Source: Stegostoma tigrinum (Eukaryota). Taken from it: a stretch of 64,000 nucleotides of DNA. Below the pieces are notes generated by a model. That model had not been told where the DNA came from, made no database searches, and was given only the letters and a program-made list of their open reading frames with translations. Numbering within the stretch: the first letter of the stretch is position 1; each line of letters begins with the position of its first letter. The position numbers were made by a program, and so were the translations under genes. This document shows, in pieces, positions 1 through 13,750 of the stretch. The stretch lies in NCBI RefSeq assembly GCF_030684315.1, contig NC_081369.1, forward strand, positions 2,160,689 to 2,224,688, written 5' to 3'.

Positions 1-760
1 TTTAAAGTGAGTGGAGGTAGATATAGATACGGTGTCTTCATATATCAGAGGTAGATTATTTACTCAGAGAGTGGTAGGGGTGTGGAATGCATTCCCGGAG
101 AGGGTTGTGGGGTCGGCCTCATGGGGGGGGGGGCATTTAAGCAGCTATTAGATAGGCATATGGATGATAGTATAAGGTAGGGGTGGAGGTTGGATAGACC
201 GTAGGATTAGGGTAAAAGTTTGGTACAACATTATGGGCTGTAGAGCCTGTACTATGCTGCTCTGTTCTTTGTTCTATGTTCTAAAGTACAGTGGAGGTTC
301 ACCAAGATGTTGTCTGATCTCCAGGGCATGGGTTATGAGGAAAGGTTAAAAAATCTAGAATTGTTTCCATTGAAAAGATGGCAGCTGAGAGGAGACCTGA
401 TAGAGATGTACAAAATTATGACAGGCAGAGACAGGGTGAATAGTCAGATGGTTTTTTTTCCCCCCAGGGTTGAAGTTTCAGTTACCGGGGGCACAGGTTC
501 AAGGTCAGAGGGGGAAGGTTTAAAGGGAATGAGCAAAGGAAGATTTTTTTTTAAACTGAGAGTGGTAGTAGCCTGGAATGTACTACGAGAAGAGTCTATG
601 AAAGCAGGCACATTGATGACATTTAAGTTGGGTACATGAATAGGGAGGGAATAGAGGGATACCCATCAAAAAAATGATAAATTTATTTTTAGATTAATTA
701 GGGCATGATGGTCAGCACAGGCTTGGGGGCAGGGCGATGGGCCAGTTCCTCTGTTGTATT
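1..760 (+). mobile_element. Two adjacent CR1-type LINE 3' fragments
   Basis: RGDLIEMYKIM...WN RT C-terminal peptide and a TTCTATG-type tail near 270-282. Confidence 0.8.
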
Positions 761-2689
761 TTTTTATTCATTTGTGCATTCAGTTACTCCTTAAGAAGAA
801 TTGGAAAGAAAGAAACGAAAAGAGTTACGCAGCAGTAAATGAGAAATTATGGGCTGCACAATAGAAGCTGAATGTGATTAGGATGTGGTCTCTTCATATA
901 TCGTTTACGTATGTTGAAACAGGATGTGTACAGCCTGTAATGGTAAAGTTATTGTCATGGCACATTGCGACATTATTGAGACACAATCAATTAGTTTTCT
1001 GGATAGCCACGAGGGTGCCAGGAGTTGTGGACAACAGACCAGCAAAATGCAGTTGTGACCACAATTAGACCAGCCAAGATATTCTCGAATGGAGGAGTGG
1101 ACTTGACAGCTGAATGGTTTTAATTCTTCTCCGAAATCCAATGTCCTATTTCGTACGGAAGCTAAGTTCATTCGTTGAACCATGGGCGTGCAAACACATG
1201 CCAACAAGCTTAACGTTGTTAAAATAAAAGAACGGTTCTATTTCCTTTCAATGGTTACTTAGAAGTGGTGGTTCTGGGACAATATTTACTACTTCAGATG
1301 GAAAACAAAGTAGAAACAAAGTTATTTTGATTCTTAAAATTCAACAGATAATAAACTGTAAAAATGAATAACGAAGATATTACTTTCTTTGTCTTTAATC
1401 TGAGTCGTTGCAAGGTATTGCAGAGGATAGCGTCGCTAGAGTCACGTGCAGGATCGGGTAAGAATGTTGAATGCACTTCAGTTTAACAACCAAAGGGAAT
1501 CCTTGTCAAACAATGTGGTGAATTTCAGCACAGTTGGGCTTTACCAAGAAGATTCAGTCTAACGAATTACGACTTCCGTACTTCAAACCCAAACAAAAAC
1601 AGAATACTAATGTCACAGCATAGATTTAATTTGGTTTAAATCTGCAGGGCAGTTTAGAATTAAAAGGTGCGAGAAAATCTAATGAGAAACGACGAGAGGT
1701 TAAGCAATTCAAATAGTTGTTCCGCATTCCCGCAGTCATCGATAGTGGATAACTAGATTGGGAAATGCAATGTAAACAGGTCAATTTGTCAGATAAACCC
1801 CGAAAGCGCTGCAGATGCTGTAAACCAGAGACAAAAACAGAAGTTGCTGGAAATGTTCAGCAGGTCTGGCAGCTGCCAGAGTAAGCGGCACAGGCTAGTA
1901 CAACTACAACACTTAAGAGGCATCTGGATGGGAATATGAATAGGAAGGGTTTAGAGAAATATGTGCCAAATGTTGGAAAATGGAACTAGATTTATTTGGG
2001 ATATCTGGTTAACAGGTACGAGCTGGACCAATGGGTTTGTTTCCGTGCTGTGAGCTTCCACGATTCTATATGCTGCTAAACATTCCGTGTTTCAATTTTA
2101 ATGTTTCACTGCACTTACACAGAGCAGGTGTATGAGAGTTACCAGATCAGTAGATTTAAAAATAAATTGAAAAACTGATCATATCATTCTTCTCAGTGCT
2201 GGTGACGTCACTGGTCCAACTGCGCATGTGTAGAGTCGGAGAGCACGGAAGCAGACCATTCGGCCCAACCAGTCGATGCCAAACATAATCAAACTAAACT
2301 GTTACCACCTAGTTGTGCTTGGCCCATATCCCTCCAAACATTTCTTATTCACGTACTTACTTAAATGTCTTACTTAACCTTTGTGCATCCACCACGTCCT
2401 CTCAAATTTCATTCTGCACATGAACCACTCTCTGTAAAAAAAATGCTCACGATGTCTTTTTTAAGTCCTTCTCCTCCCACCTTAAAACATTCCTCGTGGA
2501 AGGTTAGCAGCAGAGGGGAGGGGAATATATCTCTGATGATGGCATTCTGTTCAAGGTGGAGGAAATTACAGTTAATGAACTTCTGGATGTGGATGCTGGT
2601 GGGATGGTAGTTGATGACAACGGGGACCTGTTGAGAGAAGGAAGAGAGGGGATGAGGGGTGAAGTGCAGGAGATTGGTTAGACCTGGCT

Positions 2690-4505
2690 GAGCACTTTGT
2701 ATCCAGAGGTTGGTGGGGTGGTATGTGAGAACAAGGGGGATCCTCTTGGGGTGGTTGTGGCAGGGGCGGGGTGTGAGGAAATGCAGGAGATGCGGTCAAG
2801 GGCATTCTTGACCACTGCGGGGGGAAAGTTGCGGTCCTTGAAGAATGTGGGCATCTGGGATGTGCAGGAGTGGAATGCCTCATGGGTACCCACATGGGCC
2901 CAAGCAATGCCTGCCTCTTTGTAGATTATGTGGAACATTCCCTCTTCCACACCTACACAGGCCCCAAACCCCACCTCTTCCTCTGTTACATTGATGACTG
3001 TATCGGCACCGCCTCTTGCTCCCAAGAAGAGCTCGAACAGTTCATCCACTTCACCAACACCTTCCACCCCAACCTCAAGTTCACCTGGGCCATCTCCAAC
3101 ACATCCCTCACCTTCCTGGACCTCTCGGTCTCCATCACAGGTAACCAGCTCGAAACTGATGTCCATTTCAAGCCGACCGACTCCCACAACTACCTAGAAT
3201 ACACCTCCTCCCACCCACCCTCCTGCAAAAATTCCATCCCCTAGTCCCAATTCCTCCGCCTCTGCCGCATCTGCTCCCAGGAAGAGGCATTCCACTCCCG
3301 CACATCCCAGACACCCAAGTTCTTCCAGGACCGCGACTTTCCCCCCGCAGTGGTCGAGAATGCCCTTGACCGCGTCTCCCGCATTTCCCACAACACATCC
3401 CTCACACTCCGCCCCCGCCACAACCGCCCGCAGAGGATCCGCCTGATTCTCACATACCACCCCACCAACCTCCGGATACAACGCATCATCCTCCGACACT
3501 TCCGCCATCTACAATCCGACCCCACCACCCAAGACATTTTTTCCATCCCCACCCTTGTCTGCTTTCTGGAGAGACCACTCTCTCCGTGACTCCCTTGTCC
3601 GCTCCACACTCCCCTCCAACCCTACCACAACCGGCGCCTTCTCCTGCAACTGCAGAAAATGCTACACATGCCCCCACACCTCCTCCCTCACCCCCATCCC
3701 AGGCCCCAAGATGACTTTCCATATGAAGCAGATGTTCACCCGCACATCTGCCAATGTGGTGTACTGTATCCACTGTACCCGATGTGGCTTCCTCTACATT
3801 GGGGAAACCAAGCGGAGGCTTGGGGACCGCTTTGCAGAACACCTCGCTTGGTTCACAATAAACAACTGCACCTCCCCATCATGAACCATTTTAACTCCCC
3901 CTCCCATTCCTTAGATGACATGTCTATCATGGGCCTCCTGCAGTGCCACAATGATGCCATCCGAAGGTTGTAGGAATAGCCACTCATATTCCGCGTGGGA
4001 GCCCTGCAGCCCAATGGTATCAATGTGGACTTCACAAGCTTCAAAATCTTTCCTTCCCCCACTAAATTCCAAAACCAGCCCAGCTCGTCCCCTCCCCCCA
4101 CTGCAACCCAAATCCAGCCCAGCTTGTCCCCGCCTCCCTAACCTGTTCTTCCTCTCACCTGTTCCCTCCTCCCACCTCAAGCCGCTCCTCTATTTCCTAC
4201 CTACTAACCTCATCCCGCCTCCTTTACCTGTCCATCTTCCCTGGACTGGTTCTTCAAGGACTGCAACTTTCCTGCTGCAGTGGTTGAGAATGCCCTTGAC
4301 TGACCTATCCCCTCCCTACCTCCCCATCTATACTCTCCTCTCCACCTTTCTTCTTTTCTCTCCATCTTCTGTCCACCTCCCCCTCTCTCCCTATTTATTC
4401 CAGAACTCTCTCCCCATCCCCGTCCCTGATGAAGGGTCTAGGCCCGAAATGTCAGCTTTTGTGCTCCTGAAATGCTGCTTGGCCTGCTGTGTTCATCCAG
4501 CTCCA
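2690..4505 (+). mobile_element. Degenerate Penelope-like retroelement (RT C-terminus + GIY-YIG) with an inverted 5' piece
   Basis: MGTHMGPS...YIDDCI RT motif (2870-3244), GIY-YIG peptide (3555-3884), stops and frameshifts. 2690-2885 is in inverted orientation. Confidence 0.88.
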
Positions 4506-5166
4506 GGCTTAGAGCATGCTTGCCTTCATTGGAACAGACACTGAGCACAAGGATAGTCAAGTTACACTGCAGCTTTGTAGAACTTTAGTTAGGCCGCACT
4601 TGGAACATTATGTACAGTTCTGGTCACCACAGTACCAGGAGGATGTGAAGGCTTTGGAGAGAGTACAGAATGGATTTACCAGAATGTTGCCTGGCATGGG
4701 GGATTTGAGCTGTGAAGAAAAGTTGGATAAACTGGGCCTGTGAGTTTGTTTTCACTGGAATGCAGGAGTTTGAAGGGCCACCGAGTACGAGTTTATAAGA
4801 TTGTGAATGACATGGGTAGAGAGAAAAGTATGAGGCTTTTTTTCCCAGAGTAGAGGGGTTAATTACTGGTGACTTCAAGGTGAAAGTCGGGGGCGGGGGG
4901 GGGGGGGGGGAGTTTAAAAGAGATGTGCAAGGCATGTTTTTCAAACAAAGGGTGTTGTGTGCCTGGAATGTGCTAGCAAAGGAGGTTGGAGAAGCAAACA
5001 CTAACAGCAGCATTCAAGAATCACCTGGACGAATACATGTGTAGGAAGGGAATAGAAGGATACAAATCCTGTAAGTGAAGTCAGTTTTAGTATGGAAGGG
5101 CAAAATTTGGCAGCACATGCTTGGTGGGCTGAAGGGCCTATTCATGTGCTATATTGTTCTTTGTTC
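4505..5166 (+). mobile_element. CR1-type LINE 3' fragment
   Basis: LVRPHLEHYVQFWSP...ALERVQ peptide. Confidence 0.8.
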
Positions 5167-5477
5167 GTCAGTCTGCTCTCACGAAATGCACTTGAAATCT
5201 TTCAGATTGCTAATACTCTGAGGATGTTCAAAATATGTTGAAATGAACCAGCAGATCAAATTGGACTGGTTGGACTGTGTTTTTCCTTTCATTGTATTCT
5301 AAAGTAGATTATCGATCCGTTTCATCAATAATTTATGAATGCAGAATGGAATCTTTGAATATGTACTGTAGTTACGTACACCCGTACATGTGTTACACTA
5401 CTGCTAAAATGAAACACACAGTCACTATTATGACAGGATTATCAGCCCAGTTTTTGTTCCATGTTTTCGTGTCATGA

Positions 5478-5995
5478 AGCACATATTCCGCTTGGGAACC
5501 CTGCAGCCCAATGGTATCAGTGTGGATTTCACAAGCTTCAAAATCTCCCCTCCCCCCACTGCATCCCAAAACCAGCCCACCTCGTCTCGGCCTCCCTAAT
5601 CTGTTCTTCCTCCCACCTATCCCCTCCATCCACCTCAAGCCACACCCTCATTTCCTACCTATTAACCTCATCCCGCCCCCTTGACCTGTCCGTCCTCCCT
5701 GGACTGACCTATCTCCTCCCTAACTTCCCACCTGCGCTCAACTTTACTGGCTCCATCCCCGCCTCTTTAACTTATCTGTCTCCTCTCCACCTATCTTCTC
5801 TACCCATCTTCGATCTGCCTCCCCCCTCTCCCTATTTATTTCAGAACCCTCTCTCCCTTCCCCATTTCTGATGAAGGGTCGAGGACTGAAACGTCAGCTT
5901 TCCTGCTCCTAAGATGTTGCTTGGCCTGCTGTGTTCATCCAAATCCACACTTTGATATCTCGGATTCTCCAGCATCTGCAGTTCGTATTATCTCA
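5478..5995 (+). mobile_element. Penelope-like element 3' fragment
   Basis: Homologous to 26110-26620, including the C-rich tract and the CTGATGA...GAAACGTC motif. Confidence 0.8.
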
Positions 5996-7164
5996 AATAT
6001 CACAATAAATTTGTGGTGCTTGATTCGTTCAAGCATTTGTGTTTGTATAAAACTTCTCATTCTTATGAAATACTCAAAACATTGTATCACACTGCATGGT
6101 GTAAAATATAGTTACCGAGATTTTGTGGTACAGTTTATAAGTTTTCTACTCGCGTTATGTGGCCTATTTCTCTTTCAGCTTCCTTCCCGTAGCCGCGGTT
6201 TAGATGACAATCGCTTTTTTCGTGAGCATCAGTATTTTTCTGACTAGATTTCATTGTTAAGTATGGGATAATACATGGCAAATTTGCAATATTTTGTTAA
6301 GATGAATGGCCGCAAGTTCTGTTGGTCACCCAAATGTGCCGAGTGTGTTATATTTGCCGCTGCTGTCTTCCTTCAGAAACTTTGACCTCCCATTCAGGTT
6401 ATCTTCCTCTTCGGTCAGCCCACGCTTCAGGCCCTTATAGGGTTGACATCAAACGAAGTTAATTATATTCTTAGGTTGACTCATCAGCTGAGCCAATTTA
6501 CCATGAAATGACTGCTATTGTTCACAGCCAACTGCTTAGAGAAACAAGTGAGAACTGAGAGCATTTTGCAATATCAATTTGCATTGTTCGTATTCAAAAC
6601 TGGAATGTGCATTTGGGCGGTGTGTGGATAGTTCTTGTCATTTCACAAAAATCTTGCATACATCCTCTGGCATTATGATAACTGAAACATATTATTTATA
6701 ACAATGGAAATGTAAATGTAACGTCTAGGCCCAAAACGTCAGCTTTTGTGCTCCTGAGATGGTGCTTGGCCTGCTGTGTTCATCCAGCTTCACACTTTGT
6801 TACCTTTCTATAAAGAACTTTGTTTGTTGCAGCATTTGGGTGGAGACGGCTAGTTAGCATTTGCTACCCATCCCTAATTGCACTTAAGGACCTGGCCATG
6901 ACCCGCCTTCGTGATTTGTTGCTGTCCCACAAAAGCTGATGTGCCCAAAGTGTCGTTAGAGACCTCGCTCCAGGATTTTGCCAGAAATGCACTGTAATTC
7001 CAGCTCAGAAAGGTATGTGGTTTGGAAGGGAACTTGCGAGTGGTGATATTCCTCTGTATAGAATGCTCTTGTCCTACCAAGTGACAGGGCCGAATGTGGT
7101 ATTAAATGTGCAAGTCTGTTTGTGTATTGATTCAAATGTTATCAAAATTATTTCCTGGATTTTG

Positions 7165-8095
7165 AGCCATAGAGCTATACAGCACAGAAATAGACACTTC
7201 GGTCGAACTCGTCCATACCTACCGGATATCCTAAATTAATTGAGTCCCATTTGCTAGCTTTTGGCCTAAATCCTTCCTATTCATACGCCCATTCAGATGC
7301 CTTTTAAATGTTGTGGTTGTACCAGCCTCCCCCACTCCCTTTGGCAGCTCATTCCATATAAGCACCATTCTCTGCATGCAAACATTGCCCCTTAGTCCCT
7401 TTTAAAATCTTTCCCTGCTCAGCTTAAACCTATGCCACCCAGTTTTGGGCTGCCACACTTCAAGAAAAAGACCTTGTCTATTTACCCTATCCATGCCCCT
7501 CATGATTTTATAGACCTCTGTAAGGTCACCCCTCAGCCTCTGACACTTCTGGGAAAATAGTCCCAGCCTATTCATCCTCTCTCTATAGTTCAATCCCTCC
7601 AACTCTGTCAACATCCTATAAATATTTTCTGAACCTTTTCAAGTTTCATAACATCCCTCCCATAGCATGGGGACCAGAAATGCACACTGTATTCCTATAA
7701 CCAATTTCCTGTACAGCCTCAACATGATCTCCCAACTCCAACACTCAATGCACTGATCTAAATGGCAAGCATACCAAGTGCCTTCTTCACTACCCTATCA
7801 ACCTGTGACTCCACTTTCAAGGAACTATGAACCTGTATTCCAAGGTCTATTTCTTCAGCAACACTCTCTGGGATCTTATCTTCCAGTGTATATGTTATGC
7901 CCTCATTTGCCTTTCCAAAATACAGCATTTCACATTTACCTAAATTAAACTCCATCTGGCAATCTTGGGCCCATTGGCCCATCTGATTAAGATCCCGTTG
8001 TACTCTGAAGTAAGCTTCTTTACTGCCCACCGCACCTCAAATTTTGGTGTCATCTGAAAAGTTGCTATTCTTGGCTCCTATGTTCACATACAAAT
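7165..8095 (-). mobile_element. CR1-type LINE 3' fragment
   Basis: Minus-strand QMEFNLGKCE and RGDLTEVYKIM peptides. Confidence 0.8.
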
Positions 8096-8967
8096 CATAA
8101 CTTCATAAAGTGTACAGTGATAGACGTGATTAATTTTGGAACCTTATTTAGTTCAACATAGTTTTGAGCAACAACAGAAATGAAAACTATACACAGGGGA
8201 ACTCAATTAATAAAAACAAACCAAAGTAAATAACACTCATTATACCACATTTTATTATGAATTAATGGAGAACTGTTACATCAAATACTTCAATGATTCT
8301 AACAGCTATTTCAAGTGTGTATTGGTAAAATACATGAATATGTTGATGCATTCCAAGGTGCCAGTTTACTAAAACAAAATGGCAGCACGTGAAATTTGAG
8401 GCAATGCTTTTCCTCAGACAGAGAAATCCTTCAAATGTAGAAAACAAAGTTTATGAAATGTCATTTAAATGCTGAAAATGGTCATGACTTGAACAGTTAA
8501 GATTGCATACATGGTTAGGGAATTGTAAAGATAGTTTGAATGTGATATGTTCATCATGATTCATGTATTGGTCATAAAATTTATGCAGTGTAGCTTTGTA
8601 AGTATGGTGCCTGAGAGAATACAATTACACTAAAGGCTCAAGTTGCATTAACTTGTTATCCATTGGCATGAATATGATGGGACTCGCTCCCTCTAATTCT
8701 TATTGAAGGTAGGTTAAGGGTGGCTGATGTTTTCTCCCCCCACAGATATTAAGGGTGAGAACAGAAAGTTAAAATGCAGAAGTTGGAGTTCCAACACTGA
8801 TTAACCGTGATTTGGTTAAATGGCAGAGTGGGCTGGGGACTAAATGGACTACTATTATCCCCTTTTTTGCTATTTCTGTTCATGTCCTCACGAATGCCAG
8901 ACTGTTTCAATCGGTAATGACCTTGATAATTACGATTATTTATTTTCATCATTGAACTGTTCTTTTC

Positions 8968-9425
8968 ATTAGCACTGCTGCTTCACGGTGCCAGGGACCG
9001 AGATCCATTCCACACTCGAGCGACCGCTTGCGTGGATTTTGCACATCTCTCCGTGTCTGTGTGGGTTCCCTCCGGGTGCTCTGGTTTCCTACCACAGTCC
9101 AAATATGTGTAGGTTGGGTGGATTGGCCATGTTAAATTGCCCGTCGTGTCCAGGGATATGCAGGCGAGGTGAGAGATAGTAGGAACTGCCGATACTGGAG
9201 TCTGAGATGAACACAGCAGGCCAAGCAGCATCAGAGGAGAAGGAAGGCTGATGTCTCGGGCCTAGACCCTTCTTCAGAAAATTGTAGTTGAGGCGAGTTA
9301 GCCATGGGAAATGCAGGGTTTCTGGGGTAGGGAAGGGGAATGGATCGGTGTCGACTGCTTTTCAGAGGATCTGTGGGCTCGATGGGCCGAATGGCCTGCT
9401 TCAACGCTTTAGAGATTTTATGATT
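8968..9425 (+). mobile_element. tRNA-derived SINE (HE1/V-SINE-like), interrupted by a Penelope terminal fragment (about 9172-9280)
   Basis: ttagcactgctgcttcacggtgccagggacc...tttgcacatctctccgtgtctgtgtgggtt..ccgggtgctctggtttcct core, recognised from memory, plus a CR1-like tail. Confidence 0.65.
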
Positions 9426-11284
9426 GTATAATGCTGTGGCATGAGTCTTGCTCATAAGTAACCAGCAAACATTTTCAATGAAAAGGACTGTTGGGTCAGC
9501 AATTGTAACACTTTCTTTCAGAGCAACGCCACTATTATCTTTTACCCCCTTTTTTGGTGTTCATTTTTCGCTTTATTATATTCTTGCTGCTGCTATTACA
9601 ATTTGCATGTTTCAGTAAATTGCCGACCTGGTGTTTGCCCTGACTGTAGGAAGAAATAAAGACAAATTCTGGTTAGCAAGCATACAGAAAAAAAAGCATA
9701 AACGATAATGCAAACGACTTCAACAATCTCTCAGATTGAATTGAAAACACCTCCAATAGCTTACAATAGAGTCCAATCTGTCAACAGGCACTACCACATC
9801 ATAATTATTAACTAACATCAGACCTCGATCTTTATATCTCATTAACTATTGGAAAGTTAGATCTTAAGCACGCCTGATCCACAATACAGGGAATCTTTCA
9901 AAGAATCTGTCATTACTTAGGATTAGAGATAGTAAGAACAGCTGATGCTGGAGTCTAAAGTAACACAGTGTGGAGCTGGAGGAACACAGCAGGCCAAGCA
10001 GCATCAGAGGAGCAGGAAAGTTGGCGTTTCGGGTGGAGACCCTTCAGAAATTATTCAGGATTACTCTTGTTCCACTGGAACACCATTCCCTTTATTTCTT
10101 ACGAACAGCGAGAAATCATACGTCGCAGTGAATTAAGTCAGCGGAAATAATGCAGTAATCATTGAAATTAGACAGGGCAATATCGTTTTACTTGGAGTCA
10201 TCAAAGCCTCATAATTTACAGATTAGAATTTCATCCCAAAATCCGGCTGCAGAAAATTAATTATTTGCAGTATGTCGTTGTGTAAAGCTAACGTGGCGAT
10301 AAAATAGACATGTTGCGCGTGATTGCATTAAAATTAAACACTTAAACAAAATTCTATGTTGCTGTAATTGATACGAATGTTTTCACGTGTGACTGTGTTT
10401 CTGAAAGGGGTATCGTAGAGTTCCGAACATTTTAGAAATGAACAATAAAGTAAGGGAGCGAGATTATACGCCCACTCACCACTTCTTGCCACAACTACGT
10501 TTTATTTTGTGGAACTTGGTGTAAAACCAGTCTTTCTTCTTGTCATGATGATAACACATATTTTGAAATCACACACTTGCAGTCCCATTTCAAACAAAAA
10601 AATAATCATTTCCAAGACCGTTATGTTCAAATCAACCACAGGTAGGGAGTGTACGCAGCTCTCCTTGTCCTGGTGGCAAAATTCATATCTCATTAACGGT
10701 AAAACGCAAAGCATTCAAATTTTAAAAAAAGTTAAAACAGTTTTCTTTCCTTCAGATGTCCTTCAATTGACATCTTTTTCAAATTCAATCAAGGAACAGT
10801 AGACACATCAGACTATATTAAATGCAGCTAGAAAACAACAGATAGTGGGATAGCAAGGTGCAGAGCTGGATGAACACAGCAGGCCAAGCAACATCTTTGG
10901 AGCAGGAAGGCTGATGTTTCGGGCCTAGACCCTTCTTTAGAAATGAGATGGTGGGGGCTTTGCCCACAAAATTACTAGGAAAGAAAACATCCAATAATCT
11001 GAGGGCATAGCCTACTCAACATTTTAATATCGCTTTCAAGATTTAACCTGTTTTCTATAATTCCACGTTACAACTTAACCAAGCTTCTATTTCTGGTTTT
11101 CTTTTATTGTAGTTATTTACGGAGCTAGGATATGGCAGTGACAACTTTAGAAGGCGGAAATGAACCTAAAACTATTCCTACTGGCTCAATGGAAGCCACA
11201 ACTCAAGCATTTTACTATGCATTCCTCAGGTGAGCATTATTTTTTAACAATTCAAGAAATCTCACCTGAAGGGAGAGGACTGCC

Positions 11285-11309
11285 AATTAATTAATTAATT
11301 AATTAATTA
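11285..11309. repeat. (TAAT)n microsatellite
   Basis: aattaattaattaattaattaatta. Confidence 0.8.
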
Positions 11310-11584
11310 TGATAAAATATCGTGTACTAAAATATTAATGGGGCTATGATCAGTAGTTTGTGTGAATATCCGACGTGATGGATCCAGTAAAATATAAATG
11401 TGAATTGTTAGGAATAACTGAAGCCGCGCGACAAGACGTCAACATGACGTGGTGTTTAGTTGAGTGCAGTGTTCAGAGCAGACGTTCATCGGTTTGGGTT
11501 CACTTTGAGGAAGAGAATTTCAGTTCTCAACAAATAAATTCCTCTAATTTCCTTGTAATGCCTGTAGTTAGGTTATCAATACTT

Positions 11585-13020
11585 AACATAGAAATATGGA
11601 CGATAGGAGTAGGAGGAAGGCATTTGGCCCTTTAGATCTGCTATTCCATTATTCACCTGAATTAGACGGCCGAATCCTGCTTTCTCCCGATAACCTTTGA
11701 TCCCATTCATCCCAAGTGCTTTATCTTGTCACCTCTTTAATACATTCAATGTTTTAGCATCAACTACTCCCTCCTGTGGTGATGAATTCACAGGCTTACC
11801 ACTCTTTGGGTGAACAAATGTCGCCTCATCTCAGTCCTAAATTGTCTACCCTGAATCATCATCCTATGACCCCTGGTTCTGGACACTTCCACCATCAGGA
11901 ACGTTATCCCTGCATCTCCCTGTCTGGTGCTATTAGAATTTTGTAATCCTCTGTGTCTCTTTATAAGCCTCATTCATCTGAACTTTCATGAAAACAATCC
12001 CAACCTAGTCAATCTCCCCGCAAATGTCAGGCCTACCATCCCTGGAATCAGCCTGGTAAGCCTTTGCTGCACTTCCTGGAAAGCAAGAGCGTCCTTTCTC
12101 AGAAAATGGGACCAAAATTGCACACAATATTCCAGGTGTGGTCTCACCAAGGCCCTGTATAACTGCAGCACACATCCCTGCTTCTGTCCTTGAAGCCTCT
12201 TGTAATGAAGGCCAATATACCATTTGCCTTCCTTAGCATCTGCCGCATCTGCATGCTTACCTTCAGTGACTGGTGGACAAGGGTGCCCAGGTCCCACTGC
12301 AAAGTCCCTTCACCCAATTTACAATTATTCAGGTAGCATTCTGCCTTCTTGTTTTTGCTTCCACAGTGAATAAACTCACATTTATTTAAATTATGCTGCA
12401 TTTGCAATGATTCACCCATTTACTCAACCTGTCAAGATCATGCTGAAGGATCTCTGCATCCTCATCACAGTTCACCCTTCCACCCAACTTGGCATCACCT
12501 ACAAACTTGGAGATGTCGCATTTTGTTTCCTCATTCAAATCATTAATATATATTGCAAATAGCTGACGACCCAGCACTGATTCCTGTAGCACCCCACTAG
12601 TTACTGTCTGTCAATTTGAAAAGGACCCATTAATTTCTACCGTTTGTTTCCCCTCTGCTAACCAGTTTCCTACCCACCTCAATACACTTCCCCCAATCCC
12701 ACGCACTTTAATCTTGCACATTAATCTTTTATGTGGAACTTTGTCAAATGTTTTCTGAAAGTCCACATATACCACATTGACCAACTCCTCTTTGTCAACT
12801 CTAGTAGCTACATCTTCATAGAATTCCAACAGATTTGTCAAGCATGATTTCCCTTTCATAAATCCAGATTGACTCTGTCCGATCGTGCCACTGCTTTCTA
12901 AACTTTCTGCTATAAAATCCTTGACAATGCATGGGAGAATTTTCCCCACTGACATTAGGCTCAACTGTCTATAATTCCCTGTTTTCTTTCTACCTCCCTT
13001 TTTGCACATTGGAGTGACAC
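11585..13020 (-). mobile_element. CR1-type LINE fragment (RT domain to 3' end)
   Basis: Minus-strand GNYRQLSL...KSCLTNLLEF...DFQKTFDKVPH, YINDL..KFVGDAK and LVRPHLEYCVQFW peptides with frameshifts. Confidence 0.85.
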
Positions 13021-13484
13021 TAACCTGCTTGTAACAACCTTGTCGGTCGTTTGATATTATTGCTCCTTATTTATTCTATCAAAAAAAAATCATGGCTTAG
13101 AAAGCCTCAACCAAAATGCACTGTGAAAAGGAAATTTATCCCAGATACAAACATGAGCTGACTGCAACAAACATGTTTTCATTTGAAGAATTTCATATTC
13201 CTGGGTAAATGCAACACTGTAATGCTCTCTCTCTTCTAGATCCTGTTGTAAACCAGTTTCTGCTGCTGGCTGGTGTCGATCCTTCTCATCCTCAGATGGC
13301 ATGGTTTGATCCACTAGATCACCGTCTGCCAGGGTCAGCCCTCTCTGGAGTTCCAGGTTGTGGGACACCACCACCATTTGTGAAAAACAACTCAGAGAAT
13401 AAAACAGAGAGGCACCAATATGGCCCAAGCATTGAAATCACACTGGTCTGCTGGATGATGGCACTGTCAGATTTTTTTCATTCG

Positions 13485-13750
13485 TGGGACACGTGAGGAG
13501 AGAACCTTTCAGTACTATTTCTAGACCACTAATCCATAGCCCCAGATAATCCACCATGGCAGATTGTCAAAAAATTATCTGGTTTTCTAATGTCCTTTCA
13601 GGAAAGGAAATCTGCCATCCTTACCTGGTAGGCCAACATGTGACTCCAGTCCAACAGCAATGTGGTTGGCTGTTAATACCCCTTCGGGCAATTAGGGATG
13701 GGCAATATCTGCTGGCCCAGCCAAAGACACCACCCACGTTTGGTGAAAGA
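13485..13750 (+). mobile_element. SINE remnant (probably SacSINE1/DeuSINE-type); a reverse-orientation copy lies at about 35205-35550
   Basis: Shared core ctaatgtcctttcaggaaaggaaatctgccatccttacctgg...catgtgactccag at both loci. The family name is from memory. Confidence 0.5.

Noticed and set aside
874-1207. Overlapping short ORFs, including a hydrophobic minus-strand peptide ILAGLIVVTTAFCWSVV
   Set aside because: No recognisable domain, weak splice context and no linkable exons.
3915-4544. 209-aa Pro/Leu/Ser-rich ORF
   Set aside because: It is a translation of the C-rich Penelope 3' region, not a host gene.
13090-13428. Minus-strand ORF with HYSVA..EYEIL tyrosines as an ITAM exon
   Set aside because: Spacing and residues do not fit YxxL-x6-8-YxxL, and no convincing acceptor is present.
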